DNA of 64,000 nt from contig CAZRGC010000001.1 in assembly GCA_964599625.1 (NCBI GenBank), positions 179,388 to 243,387 of the forward strand. Direction: 5' to 3'. The notes under the pieces were generated by a model. That model was given only the letters and a program-made list of their open reading frames with translations, had not been told where the DNA came from and ran no database searches. Source of the DNA: an uncultured Gammaproteobacteria bacterium (lineage in GTDB: Bacteria; Patescibacteriota; Microgenomatia; UBA8517). Positions 1 to 9,127 of the stretch are shown piece by piece (position 1 is the stretch's first letter; each line of letters opens with the position of its first letter). The translations under genes and the position numbers were made by a program.

Positions 1-1073
1 CGTTAATATTCTTGTTTTTCTGGCAAAAATATAAAGTTAAAAATGCTGTTTTGAATTACGGATTATTGTTGGTTATTTTGCTGATTGTCGATAAGGTTTT
101 TTTCAGGTTCATACATGACGCAGGGTTTATATATTCAATATCTTCTCAAACAAAAAGTGCAGTTTTAAATTATACTTCCGCATCCGGATCTGCCTCGGCG
201 TTTCTAAGAGGAGGTGAAACCAACCTCCAGTTGGTTGAAATATTCAAAAAAATATTTTACAACCTGTACAACTTTTACAAGCTGCTGCCCAATATACTTA
301 ACCCTTATGTTTTTATTTTTTTCCTTATAGAACTCTTCAGGTATGATAAAAACAGGTTTTTGGTTAAACGCTTTAAAGTTGTGTCTTTGCTTATGGTCCT
401 TCTGACTTTCCTGGTTACTGCAATTAGCATTCCGTTCTATAGGTATATTCACCCGGTAATACCAATCGTTTATATAATTGGCTCATCCTTTATCGTGTGG
501 CTATTAACACAAATAGACCTTCCTGATTTATATCTGGTTGATAAATCACTTAGAGTAACTAAAGCTATGGTGAGTAGTCTTTTTTTGTCGTTGGTTATTG
601 TATTTGTTTCGGTAGGAAACACAACAGGTTTTATTTTGTTAGATTCCAGGTTTGAAAAAAGGAACAACAACATCGAATCCCCCCCTGTGTATTTTAATCT
701 TGCCCAATCAATGAAGGAAAATACAAACAAAGACGATATCGTTTTAACCAATCTGGATACGTGGGGGAGTTGGTATGGAGAACGCAAAACAGTTTGGTTC
801 CCGCTCGAACCGAAGCAAATTGTTAATAATAAAGATAACACTATTCCATTTAATGCCATATATTTAACCAGTTACTTAATGGATGATGAAAATTACAAAA
901 TGAGTGATTCTTGGAAGCAAATATTTGAAAATCCATCAAACCCTAAGATGTGGACTTGCGATGGGTGTGATGTGATTGCAAATCAATTTTATTTAAAAGG
1001 TATATATAACACAAAAGCCAGTGAAACTTACGAAAAACAAGAGGCCAAAGCTATTCTTCTGCTTAAAAAGTAA
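1..1073 (+). CDS. Polytopic membrane protein with a C-terminal soluble domain, 5'-truncated at the window edge. Possibly another GT-C-type glycosyltransferase of the island.
   Basis: The reading frame is open from the window start and the ORF tool's start at 12 is a TTG. Several hydrophobic helices are followed by a ~150-aa hydrophilic tail. The context is a glycosylation island. Confidence 0.45.
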   Translation, partial: LIFLFFWQKYKVKNAVLNYGLLLVILLIVDKVFFRFIHDAGFIYSISSQTKSAVLNYTSASGSASAFLRGGETNLQLVEIFKKIFYNLYNFYKLLPNILNPYVFIFFLIELFRYDKNRFLVKRFKVVSLLMVLLTFLVTAISIPFYRYIHPVIPIVYIIGSSFIVWLLTQIDLPDLYLVDKSLRVTKAMVSSLFLSLVIVFVSVGNTTGFILLDSRFEKRNNNIESPPVYFNLAQSMKENTNKDDIVLTNLDTWGSWYGERKTVWFPLEPKQIVNNKDNTIPFNAIYLTSYLMDDENYKMSDSWKQIFENPSNPKMWTCDGCDVIANQFYLKGIYNTKASETYEKQEAKAILLLKK

Positions 1074-1805
1074 ATGTCACTTTCTGATACGCAAATTATA
1101 AAAAAGCTAAATATCAAAAATTCGGACAAAGTTTTGGATATAGGCGGTAGCATGAAACAACACAGTGAAATATTTGTGAACACACTGGCTGACATAATAA
1201 GACCTGAAGAAGCCCCGTATACAAAATCAAAGTTAAAAGCTAAAAAATTCGTCCGAGTTGATATTACAAAGGAGAAACTTCCGTTTAAAGATAAAGAGTT
1301 CGACGTAGCACTTTGTACACACGTATTGGAAGATTTGCCGACGCCTTTTCCTGTAATCTCTGAAATGCAACGTGTTGCAAAAAGGGGATATATATCAACA
1401 CCCTCAATGGGTCGAGATATGATTTTTTCTCATTATAATCTTACGGATTGGGAAACAGGAGGGCGACGAGTTCCTGGGTGGTCACACCACAAGTGGCTCT
1501 TTTACAAATCAGGGAAAAACATGTATATACTTCCGAAAAATTACGGCGTTTTGTATTCATCGGAGTTTCATTTTACTAATTGGTCTGGGAATGACGAATT
1601 CCAGTATTTTTGGACGAAAAGCATTAATTATAAAGAGATTAAAGATTTAAACGTCCACCTTCTTATTTCCCAATATCGAAAGTATGTACAAAAAAATATC
1701 AGATATTTGACCAAGGGAAGGCCATTGTTGTATTTTGACAATCCACTTTTTATATTAAAAGAGTTTGTCAAAAAAATGGTTTTAAGAAAACTAAAAACCG
1801 GTTGA
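1074..1805 (+). CDS. Class I SAM-dependent methyltransferase, Methyltransf_11-like, probably a glycan O/N-methyltransferase.
   Basis: It has the motif I 'VLDIGGS' and a downstream acidic 'LCTHVLEDL' segment. It starts 1 nt after the upstream stop. Confidence 0.7.
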   Translation: MSLSDTQIIKKLNIKNSDKVLDIGGSMKQHSEIFVNTLADIIRPEEAPYTKSKLKAKKFVRVDITKEKLPFKDKEFDVALCTHVLEDLPTPFPVISEMQRVAKRGYISTPSMGRDMIFSHYNLTDWETGGRRVPGWSHHKWLFYKSGKNMYILPKNYGVLYSSEFHFTNWSGNDEFQYFWTKSINYKEIKDLNVHLLISQYRKYVQKNIRYLTKGRPLLYFDNPLFILKEFVKKMVLRKLKTG

Positions 1806-1901
1806 GTTATTGATGTCTAAAGTTTTAACAAATGCTATATATTCGTATGCAAGATCTGTTCTAATGGAATTGCCTACTCTTCTTGTGAGAAAATAATCGA
1901 G

Positions 1902-3968
1902 ATGAAACTTGTCGTTATTCAAAGCTTGCTGTCTCCATACAGGTACCCACTTTTTGATGTATTGTCATATGTTTACGACTTGGAGGTGTGGTTCATGGGT
2001 CGTAGTGTTAAAAATAGAACATGGGACGGTTCCGACATAAAATATCATGTTTTTAAACACAAATTCCTTCAGGGCCTAACTATAAACATTGGCAAAGATG
2101 ATAATTACCCTTTTTGGATAAACTCAGGTATTCCGCTCATGTTAGTCAAAGCAAAGCCGGACGTGTTAGTTTTGTTTGGCTGGGATTCACTCACGTCATT
2201 TCTTGCGGTATTTTTCAGATTTTTATACCACAAAACGAAGATTGTCTTATTTTCCGAAAGCACAAAGTATGAAACAAGTTGGAGAAGGTCTGTAACAAAG
2301 CCTTTGGTGAAAATGCTCTTACGAAAAGTCGACTATTGTTTGGCGGCAGGTAAAAGATCGAAAGATTATTTAATGTCGTTGGGTGTACCCAAAGATAAAA
2401 TTGGCATAGCTCCAACAACAAATGATGTAGACAGATATGTTTTTCTAAAGGATAAATTTTCAAAACAAAGGCATGCCACAAGAACTAATTTGGGTTACCG
2501 CAAAGAAGATATTGTGATTATGTTTTATGGACAACTAATAAAGCGAAAGGGAGTAGATGTCTTGCTTAAGGCTTACAAAGAGCTGGTTAAAAACAACAAC
2601 TTAGCAAAATTGCTGATAATTGGTGATGGAAAAGCGAGGACAGATTTAAACGAATATATAAAATCACAAAACATATCTGGTGTAAAAATATTTCCTAATC
2701 CTGGAGATTTTGAGATCAATAAATATTATGCAGCCTCAGACATTTTTGTGTTGCCGTCGAGAAACGACACCTGGGGTTTGGTAGTAAACGAAGCCATGTG
2801 TGCGGGGCTTCCGGTAATTGTTTCTAACATGGTTGGGTCTGGGAGCGAGCTTGTTAATAAAGGTGTAAACGGTTTTATTTTCAAGTCTGAAGATGTTGAA
2901 GAACTGAAAAGTTATTTAGAAAAACTGATTTCAAGCAAAGAGCTTCGCAGCAAGTTTGGAAAAATGTCTTCGACGATGATACAAAATTTCAGGCCGGAAA
3001 ATACCCTAAAAGGATATATTGATGCTATTAAAAAAGTCACAAAAATTAATTATGGACAACAATATAATCTAAAGTTTTTAAATAAACCAAAAAAGGGATT
3101 GGTATCGGTTGTAATTCCTGTTTACAGCGACCCATCGGGTTTAACTGTTACATTGGAATCTTTAGGGGCAAAAAAGGTAGGCTTAGATAATATTGAAATT
3201 ATTGTTGTAAATGATGGCGGCAATTCCCAGGTGTCGGAGGTGCTTAAAAAATTTGAAGTTAAAGAAGTTGTCCTACAACAAAGAAAAGGATCCTATGGCG
3301 CCAGAAATGCCGGTGTAGAAATTTCTTCTGGAGAAAAAATACTTTTTATAGACGCAGGAGTAATTGCTTCCAAAAATTGGGTCAGTAAAAGTTCAGAAAG
3401 TCTAAACAATTTTGACTATGTTTGTGGACCAATAAACATAGCAAATCATAAAGGTTGGCTGGGAGTATATGAAGCAAACAGGGAATTCCCTGTCAAAGAG
3501 TTTCTGGACGATTTGCATTTTGCCCCAACGGCAAATCTGGGGGTAACCAGGAGGGTTTTGGAAAACTGCGGTGGTTTCGATGCTCGTTTGGAATCTTCGG
3601 GTGATTACGAATTTGGTAACCGTTTGTATTTTCAAGGAGGATATTCTCAGCTTTACGATGCGGAAGTGGTAGTTTTCCACAGCCCAAGAAGTTGGATGGA
3701 GTGGTTTTCAAAACACAGACGTTTAGCAAAAGGTTTTAGAGATCTATCTAGGTATTATCCCGAGCGTTTTTTTGGCGGAAGACTGGCAATTTATAAGTTG
3801 ACCCTAAAGGCGTTTACTCCACCTTTTTGGTTATTTTCAAAAAAAACTTGGAAAATTTTAAATTCCAAAAAAAAGTTGCAGGTTTTTTTGGTTACATACT
3901 TATTCTCTGCCTATCAGCATCTTTATGCAGCCAAATTAACATTTCTGAAGAAACCAACTGATAACTAA
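1902..3968 (+). CDS. Two-domain glycosyltransferase: an N-terminal GT4 (GT-B) domain fused to a C-terminal GT2 (GT-A) domain.
   Basis: The N-terminal half carries the GT4 C-terminal signature 'NEAMCAGLPVIVSNMVGSGSELV'. The C-terminal half starts 'VSVVIPVYSDP...IEIIVVNDGG' with a later 'DAG' DxD-like motif. Confidence 0.8.
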   Translation: MKLVVIQSLLSPYRYPLFDVLSYVYDLEVWFMGRSVKNRTWDGSDIKYHVFKHKFLQGLTINIGKDDNYPFWINSGIPLMLVKAKPDVLVLFGWDSLTSFLAVFFRFLYHKTKIVLFSESTKYETSWRRSVTKPLVKMLLRKVDYCLAAGKRSKDYLMSLGVPKDKIGIAPTTNDVDRYVFLKDKFSKQRHATRTNLGYRKEDIVIMFYGQLIKRKGVDVLLKAYKELVKNNNLAKLLIIGDGKARTDLNEYIKSQNISGVKIFPNPGDFEINKYYAASDIFVLPSRNDTWGLVVNEAMCAGLPVIVSNMVGSGSELVNKGVNGFIFKSEDVEELKSYLEKLISSKELRSKFGKMSSTMIQNFRPENTLKGYIDAIKKVTKINYGQQYNLKFLNKPKKGLVSVVIPVYSDPSGLTVTLESLGAKKVGLDNIEIIVVNDGGNSQVSEVLKKFEVKEVVLQQRKGSYGARNAGVEISSGEKILFIDAGVIASKNWVSKSSESLNNFDYVCGPINIANHKGWLGVYEANREFPVKEFLDDLHFAPTANLGVTRRVLENCGGFDARLESSGDYEFGNRLYFQGGYSQLYDAEVVVFHSPRSWMEWFSKHRRLAKGFRDLSRYYPERFFGGRLAIYKLTLKAFTPPFWLFSKKTWKILNSKKKLQVFLVTYLFSAYQHLYAAKLTFLKKPTDN

Positions 3969-3984
3969 ATTCAGGAGGAAGAAA

Positions 3985-4971
3985 TCACACGCCGTGGCCA
4001 AGTTCTCGTTCACTAATTTTTGAATATATAAAGTTTGGAGACACTACTGCAATCAAACCACCAATGGTTATTACAAAAATGTTAATAAGACCCAAAAAAA
4101 TACCCGGGATTATAAAAAAAGCGTCGGATGGCTTTTCTTTAAAAAGTATTACAGCATTTGTAAACAACCTATAAAGCTTCCAAGGTCCCAGAAAAATTGC
4201 ATTTCCTAACTTTTTGATTAAAGATCGTTTTTCAAAAACTTCCAGGTTGTCTGTAACGCCGAAGTCTGCCATGCGCACAAAATCCGCTCCGTATGCAAGC
4301 ATTCTGTAGAGCCAATCCAAAAAGTTGCCCGGAGGTGCATGATAACCCCTTGTGTGTGGAGCTCTGACAATTTTGAAATTTGATAATTTCAAAATTTTTT
4401 CCCAAAGCGGAATTTTGTTGCGGTAAAGCGGAACTTTGCTGGGTATTGGGTGTTCCAAAAGTTCTGTGCGGTATGCAGCAAAGTTGTTTAAAGGAAAGTA
4501 ATAAGTTTCCTCGGGGGATCTTGTTTTGTCGGATAGAAGCTGAACCATCCATGTCATATTCAGAGAAGCTCTGTAGACGGAATTTGTTTCCAATCTCGTG
4601 TCTCCGGAAACGATGAGTTTTTTGTTTTGATTCTCAAATGGTTTAAGAATGTTTTCCAGCCACTCTTTTTGGTATCTCATGTCCGAATCTGCATAAACAA
4701 TTATTTCACTTCTGGTGACTGCAGCTCCAAGCATTTTTGATTCAGTGTACTCCAGAGTTTTATCTGTTTTTGCGATTTTGATAAATTTGTATTTGTTTTT
4801 TAAGTAATCTTGAACCTTTTGTGACACATGACTGCCAACTATTATGTACAGCCCGTCTGATTTTTCAGGAGAAAGAGTTTGTTTGGCCAGAGAATCGAGA
4901 CTGGCTTCCAAGTCATCCATTTCGGCCATCCCTAAATTTTCCGTTTCCAAAACAACTGAAAATGTTTTCAT
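3985..4971 (-). CDS. GT2 glycosyltransferase with a C-terminal transmembrane anchor, possibly a GtrB/ArnC/Ppm1-like polyprenol-phosphate glycosyltransferase.
   Basis: It has an N-terminal GT-A fold ('LYIIVGS', 'ADSDM' DxD) and a ~30-aa hydrophobic C-terminus ('FFIIPGIFLGLINIFVITIGGLIAVV'). Its size (328 aa) matches GtrB-type enzymes. Confidence 0.6.
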   Translation of the reverse strand: MKTFSVVLETENLGMAEMDDLEASLDSLAKQTLSPEKSDGLYIIVGSHVSQKVQDYLKNKYKFIKIAKTDKTLEYTESKMLGAAVTRSEIIVYADSDMRYQKEWLENILKPFENQNKKLIVSGDTRLETNSVYRASLNMTWMVQLLSDKTRSPEETYYFPLNNFAAYRTELLEHPIPSKVPLYRNKIPLWEKILKLSNFKIVRAPHTRGYHAPPGNFLDWLYRMLAYGADFVRMADFGVTDNLEVFEKRSLIKKLGNAIFLGPWKLYRLFTNAVILFKEKPSDAFFIIPGIFLGLINIFVITIGGLIAVVSPNFIYSKISERELGHGV

Positions 4972-5018
4972 TGTTTAATTATACGATAGATAAACGTCTG
5001 GGGTGATAGAATGATTTT

Positions 5019-6308
5019 ATGCGAAAGTATGTAGAGAAGTTCAGAGATATGGCTGTTTCGGCAACCGCAAGAGACACTTATGTTTCGTTTGCAGGAAACC
5101 TCTTCTCAGCTTTTTGGGGATTTGTTTTCACTTTGATTGTGGCAAGGACAATGAGCGTTTCCGATTTTGGAGTTTTTTCGGCGGTTTTGAATCTTGTTAT
5201 CATACTATCCTCGCTTGCAGATGTTGGTATTTCCACAGGTTCTGTAAAGTTTATAGCTGAAAATTTTGCTAATGGTGACCATGCAGAAACGGACAAATAT
5301 ATAAAAGCATCATTCGTGGTTAGGATTTCAATTGTCCTTTTACTGTCACTGTTGGTTGGTATTTTTTCTCCTTTTGTTTCTGCTTCGCTTTTGGCAACGA
5401 GTAATCCTGCAATGGCTGTCTGGGCGGCAATTGTTTCTGTTTTTATATTTCCCGTTATGTTTTTCCCAAATGTTTTACAGGCCGAGAGGAAGTTTGTTGC
5501 TTCTGCGGTTTTGGACAATTCTTATTATTTGGGCAGGCTAATTGTTGCATTTTTCTTTGCTCATTTTGCCAACATGACCATGCAAAATGCATTCATTACG
5601 TTTGGGGTTGGTTTCCTTGTGTCAATTCTTTTAACTTATAAATATGTCGGCTTGAATTTTATTAAAGCAAAACCGGACAGAAGTATTTACCGAAATCTGA
5701 TTGGTTTTTCATGGTGGATAGCTGTGAACAGGATCATTTCTTCGATATCCGGTAGACTTGACGTGCAAATGCTGGCCGCCATGGCAGGTGCCCTTGCAAC
5801 CGGCCTATATTCCATTCCGTCTCGTCTGGCATCATTTTTAATTGTTTTGGCAGGCAGTTTTTCGGCAGTTTTGGCACCAAGATTTTCCGCCTTTAATGAT
5901 AAAAAGAAAGAGAGGGAGTATGTTATCAAGTCCACACTTGCACTTATCCCAATTACAGGTTTAATTGTGCTCTGGATTGTTTTTGCAAAAGAGTTTATGC
6001 TGCTACTCTTTGGAGAAAAATATTCAGACTCCACACCAATTTTGCAGGCACTTCTTGCCGCTCAGATACCGTTTTTGTTTACCGTTCCGTCGGTAACTGC
6101 AATTATTTACTCAATGAAAAAAACAGTCTATATAGGTGCTTTCTCCTTTTTCCAAATCACAGCAATGTTTCTTTTGAACTTTTTCCTTATTCCCAAATAT
6201 GGACCTTTGGGTCCAACTTTGACCTTTGGGGTGGTGAATATTATTTTGGTAATTTACACTTGGGCGATTGTCGTGAAGTATTACTGGGGGAAACCTCAGG
6301 TGAAATAG
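5019..6308 (+). CDS. wzx: Wzx-type oligosaccharide flippase (polysaccharide biosynthesis protein, MOP superfamily).
   Basis: A 429-aa protein with about 12 predicted TM helices and a typical Wzx N-terminus. It sits in a glycan locus and has an ATG start with a divergent neighbour. Confidence 0.75.
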   Translation: MRKYVEKFRDMAVSATARDTYVSFAGNLFSAFWGFVFTLIVARTMSVSDFGVFSAVLNLVIILSSLADVGISTGSVKFIAENFANGDHAETDKYIKASFVVRISIVLLLSLLVGIFSPFVSASLLATSNPAMAVWAAIVSVFIFPVMFFPNVLQAERKFVASAVLDNSYYLGRLIVAFFFAHFANMTMQNAFITFGVGFLVSILLTYKYVGLNFIKAKPDRSIYRNLIGFSWWIAVNRIISSISGRLDVQMLAAMAGALATGLYSIPSRLASFLIVLAGSFSAVLAPRFSAFNDKKKEREYVIKSTLALIPITGLIVLWIVFAKEFMLLLFGEKYSDSTPILQALLAAQIPFLFTVPSVTAIIYSMKKTVYIGAFSFFQITAMFLLNFFLIPKYGPLGPTLTFGVVNIILVIYTWAIVVKYYWGKPQVK

Positions 6309-8155
6309 GATTCGTGCCACATTTCCAGCGACATCAATGACCAGATCCTTGGCCCAAAATCCTCGGTTCTGTTGTTGTCCTCCACCATATTTTTGAGATA
6401 TTCCGAGTCAAAAATCTCTGAAACAAAACTCCCCTTATTCAAAATTATATGAGAAGCGTATTTGTTTAATTTGCCGCTAAACCATTTCTCTAATGGGATC
6501 GTAAAACCAACCTTTGGTCTATACAAGTTTTCCTTGGGTACAATTTCCTCAAGTGCCTTTTTGAATATGTACTTTGTAACTCCGTTTTTAACTTTAAGGT
6601 CGAAGGGGATTTTGCAGGCAAGCTCAATAAACTTTTGGTCTAGTAGTGGGGATCTGGCCTCCAAAGATACTGCCATAGATGCAATGTCGACCTTGGTCAG
6701 AAGTTGGTCAGGCAAAAAATATAAAAGGTCGAATTTCAAGCCTGCATCCTTCATGTCTTTGCCTTTGAACATCTGAAAACACTTATTTACAATATCAAGC
6801 TGCCCCTTCTTGTATATCTCATCAAAAACTTTACCTCTCGAATAGTTTTCAAGCGACTCGTTCAAAAAAATTTGATTATAAGAAGCAAATCTTTGATAGA
6901 TTGGAAGTTTTGCCATATCAAAAAACTTCTGAGCTCTTGGTATGTTTTTAATGAAATAGGCTACAGCAGGTCTAATTTTTTGAATCCAAAAGTCATAGTC
7001 TACATCCCTTTTTAACCGAAGGTACCTGTTTGAATACCCTGCAAAATTTTCATCACCCCCGTCTCCGTTTAGGGCAACTGTCACATGTTTCTTTGTAAGT
7101 TGGGACACTATGTAAGTAATTATATTGCTGGCATCTGCGAAAGGTTCTTCATATTGTTTGGCTAAATAGGGCAAAAGTTCGACCGATTGAGGATCAACCG
7201 AAACAATATGGTGGTCAGTTTTGTATTTTTTTGCGATTGTCGCTGCAAATTTATCTTCAGACATGGTTTTGTCTTTGAAGGACACAGTAAAAGTCTTGAT
7301 CGGCTTTGTTGACAATCTTGCCATAGTTGCGACAACTGCACTGGAGTCAACACCGCCCGATAAAAACGCCCCAATGGGCACATCCGAAATCATTCTTAGG
7401 CGCGTTGATTCTTCAAGTGTTGATATTATTTCTTGACACCATTCAGATTCGGATAAATTCAGTTTCTCAAAGTACATTGGCTCCCAATATCTTTTTTTAA
7501 CAAAACTTTTGTTTTCAATATTTATAAAAATGTAATGTCCCGGTTCCAGCTTGTTTATTCCCAAAAACCCTGTAAGGGGAGATGGAACATAACCGTAAGT
7601 TAAATAGTCTGCGATGGCTTTATGGTCGACTTGTTTTTTGATACCGGATTGAGTAAGTATTGCCTTGAGTTCCGATGCAAAAATAAATACAGAATCGTTT
7701 ATAAAATATTTAAGTGGCTTTTTGCCTATTCTGTCCCTGGCTAAGAAAATAGTTTTTTCGTGGGAGTCATAAATTGCGAAGGCAAACATACCACGTAATC
7801 TTTCTAGGCATTTTTTGCCGTACTTGGAGTACAGTGCGAGTATAACCTCAGTATCAGAATAAGATTTAAATTCGTATCCTGACTTGGAAAGTTTTTCCCT
7901 TTCTTCCTGAAAATTATATATTTCCCCGTTGAAAGTTATCGTGTAGCGGTTTTGAAATGTCATTGGCTGGTGACCGTTTTGTGATAAATCAATTATCGCC
8001 AGTCTGTTGTTTCCAAACCCTACTTTTCTGTCTTCAGAAATGAAAATCCCACTATCATTCGGGCCTCTATGGTCCAAGGTGTGGACCATCTTGGATATGT
8101 CAGTTTTGGTTACTTCTCGCTTAGTAAAATATATTTTTCCTGAGATGGCACACAT
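6296..8155 (-). CDS. asnB: Asparagine synthase (glutamine-hydrolysing) family amidotransferase.
   Basis: It starts 'MCAISG' (the N-terminal nucleophile Cys of class II glutamine amidotransferases) and has the PP-loop 'SGGVDSS' of the synthetase domain. Confidence 0.85.
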   Translation of the reverse strand: MCAISGKIYFTKREVTKTDISKMVHTLDHRGPNDSGIFISEDRKVGFGNNRLAIIDLSQNGHQPMTFQNRYTITFNGEIYNFQEEREKLSKSGYEFKSYSDTEVILALYSKYGKKCLERLRGMFAFAIYDSHEKTIFLARDRIGKKPLKYFINDSVFIFASELKAILTQSGIKKQVDHKAIADYLTYGYVPSPLTGFLGINKLEPGHYIFINIENKSFVKKRYWEPMYFEKLNLSESEWCQEIISTLEESTRLRMISDVPIGAFLSGGVDSSAVVATMARLSTKPIKTFTVSFKDKTMSEDKFAATIAKKYKTDHHIVSVDPQSVELLPYLAKQYEEPFADASNIITYIVSQLTKKHVTVALNGDGGDENFAGYSNRYLRLKRDVDYDFWIQKIRPAVAYFIKNIPRAQKFFDMAKLPIYQRFASYNQIFLNESLENYSRGKVFDEIYKKGQLDIVNKCFQMFKGKDMKDAGLKFDLLYFLPDQLLTKVDIASMAVSLEARSPLLDQKFIELACKIPFDLKVKNGVTKYIFKKALEEIVPKENLYRPKVGFTIPLEKWFSGKLNKYASHIILNKGSFVSEIFDSEYLKNMVEDNNRTEDFGPRIWSLMSLEMWHESYFT

Positions 8156-8222
8156 AATGTTCAGGTAATTCTATTGAAACTTTAAGAAAACTACAAACAA
8201 TATTTCAGCATAGAAATATCTT

Positions 8223-8250
8223 TTATGATAATCCGATTATGATAATCCGA
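8223..8250. repeat. Perfect tandem duplication of the 14-bp unit TTATGATAATCCGA in the divergent asnB/GT2 promoter region.
   Basis: 8223-8236 and 8237-8250 are identical. The repeat lies about 40-70 nt upstream of the + gene start at 8291, which is preceded by a 'tataaaat' -10-like box. Confidence 0.6.
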
Positions 8251-8290
8251 CCCCATAGCTCAAGATCGGGAAAAAATATAAAATAAGCAA

Positions 8291-9127
8291 ATGAAAGTTT
8301 GGGGACATACTTTGGTAAAAAACGAAGGTAGGTGGCTGTGGTTTTCTGTAACCTCGGTAATAAACCACCTTGATAAGCTTCTTATTTGGGACACTGGAAG
8401 CACAGATGACACAGTCCGGATTATAACCGAGTTGAAAAAAAGGTATCCGGAAAAAATAATCTTCAAAAAACGCATAATTACCAAATTGCAGGATTTCGCA
8501 TTGGCTAGATCTGAAATGTTAGCAGAGACAAAATCTGACTGGTTTATGGTTTTGGATGGTGACGAAATTTGGTGGGAGGATTCCATCAAATCAGTACTTT
8601 CGAGAATTCAAGGCGATAACACAATCGAATCTGTTGTTACACCGACCATAAACTTGGTCGGTGACATATATCATTTTCAGGAACAGGCTGCAGGGAACTA
8701 CAATTTAGCTGGACGTATCGGGCACTACAACCTGAGATTTATAAAACGAGGCATTCCAGGTCTTGCCTCGGCGGGAAACCACGGAACATGGGGCTGGGTG
8801 GATGGGGAGAACAAAATGATTCAAGACAGGGATGTTTCAAAAATCGTTTTTGTAGATGCCCCCTATCTGCATGCAACCAACATAGAAAGGTCTTCTGACG
8901 TGTTTGGCGATACTGGAGTTATGAAACGCCCGGGAAAGCTTAAATACGATTTAGGAATAACTTTTCCTTTGGATTACTATTATCCGGAATCGCTTTTTTT
9001 ATGGAGGCCGGATTTTGTAAAAAGCCCATGGAAATCGAGGAGCAAAAAATTTATTATTCAATCAGGCCTTCAAACACCTTTACGGAAGGTAAAAAGAAGG
9101 CTTTGGTTTAAAAAGGTTGGTTATTAG
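8291..9127 (+). CDS. GT-A fold (GT2-like) glycosyltransferase.
   Basis: It has the N-terminal 'LVKNEGRWL...LIWDTGSTDDT' signature typical of a GT2 subgroup and a 'VLDGDE' DxD motif. Confidence 0.6.
   Translation: MKVWGHTLVKNEGRWLWFSVTSVINHLDKLLIWDTGSTDDTVRIITELKKRYPEKIIFKKRIITKLQDFALARSEMLAETKSDWFMVLDGDEIWWEDSIKSVLSRIQGDNTIESVVTPTINLVGDIYHFQEQAAGNYNLAGRIGHYNLRFIKRGIPGLASAGNHGTWGWVDGENKMIQDRDVSKIVFVDAPYLHATNIERSSDVFGDTGVMKRPGKLKYDLGITFPLDYYYPESLFLWRPDFVKSPWKSRSKKFIIQSGLQTPLRKVKRRLWFKKVGY

Noticed and set aside
12-1073. Treating the first ORF as a complete gene starting at 12.
   Set aside because: The codon at 12 is TTG and the frame stays open to nt 3 with no upstream stop, so the gene most likely begins beyond the window edge.
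4232-4552. Antisense and overlapping small ORFs inside longer genes, e.g. 4232-4552, 5078-5518, 22482-22922, 31508-31972, 57566-58117, 58878-59324, 60052-60540, 62455-62907.
   Set aside because: Each lies wholly within a longer ORF with strong family signatures on the other strand or frame, and shows low-complexity or atypical composition. These are classic shadow ORFs.
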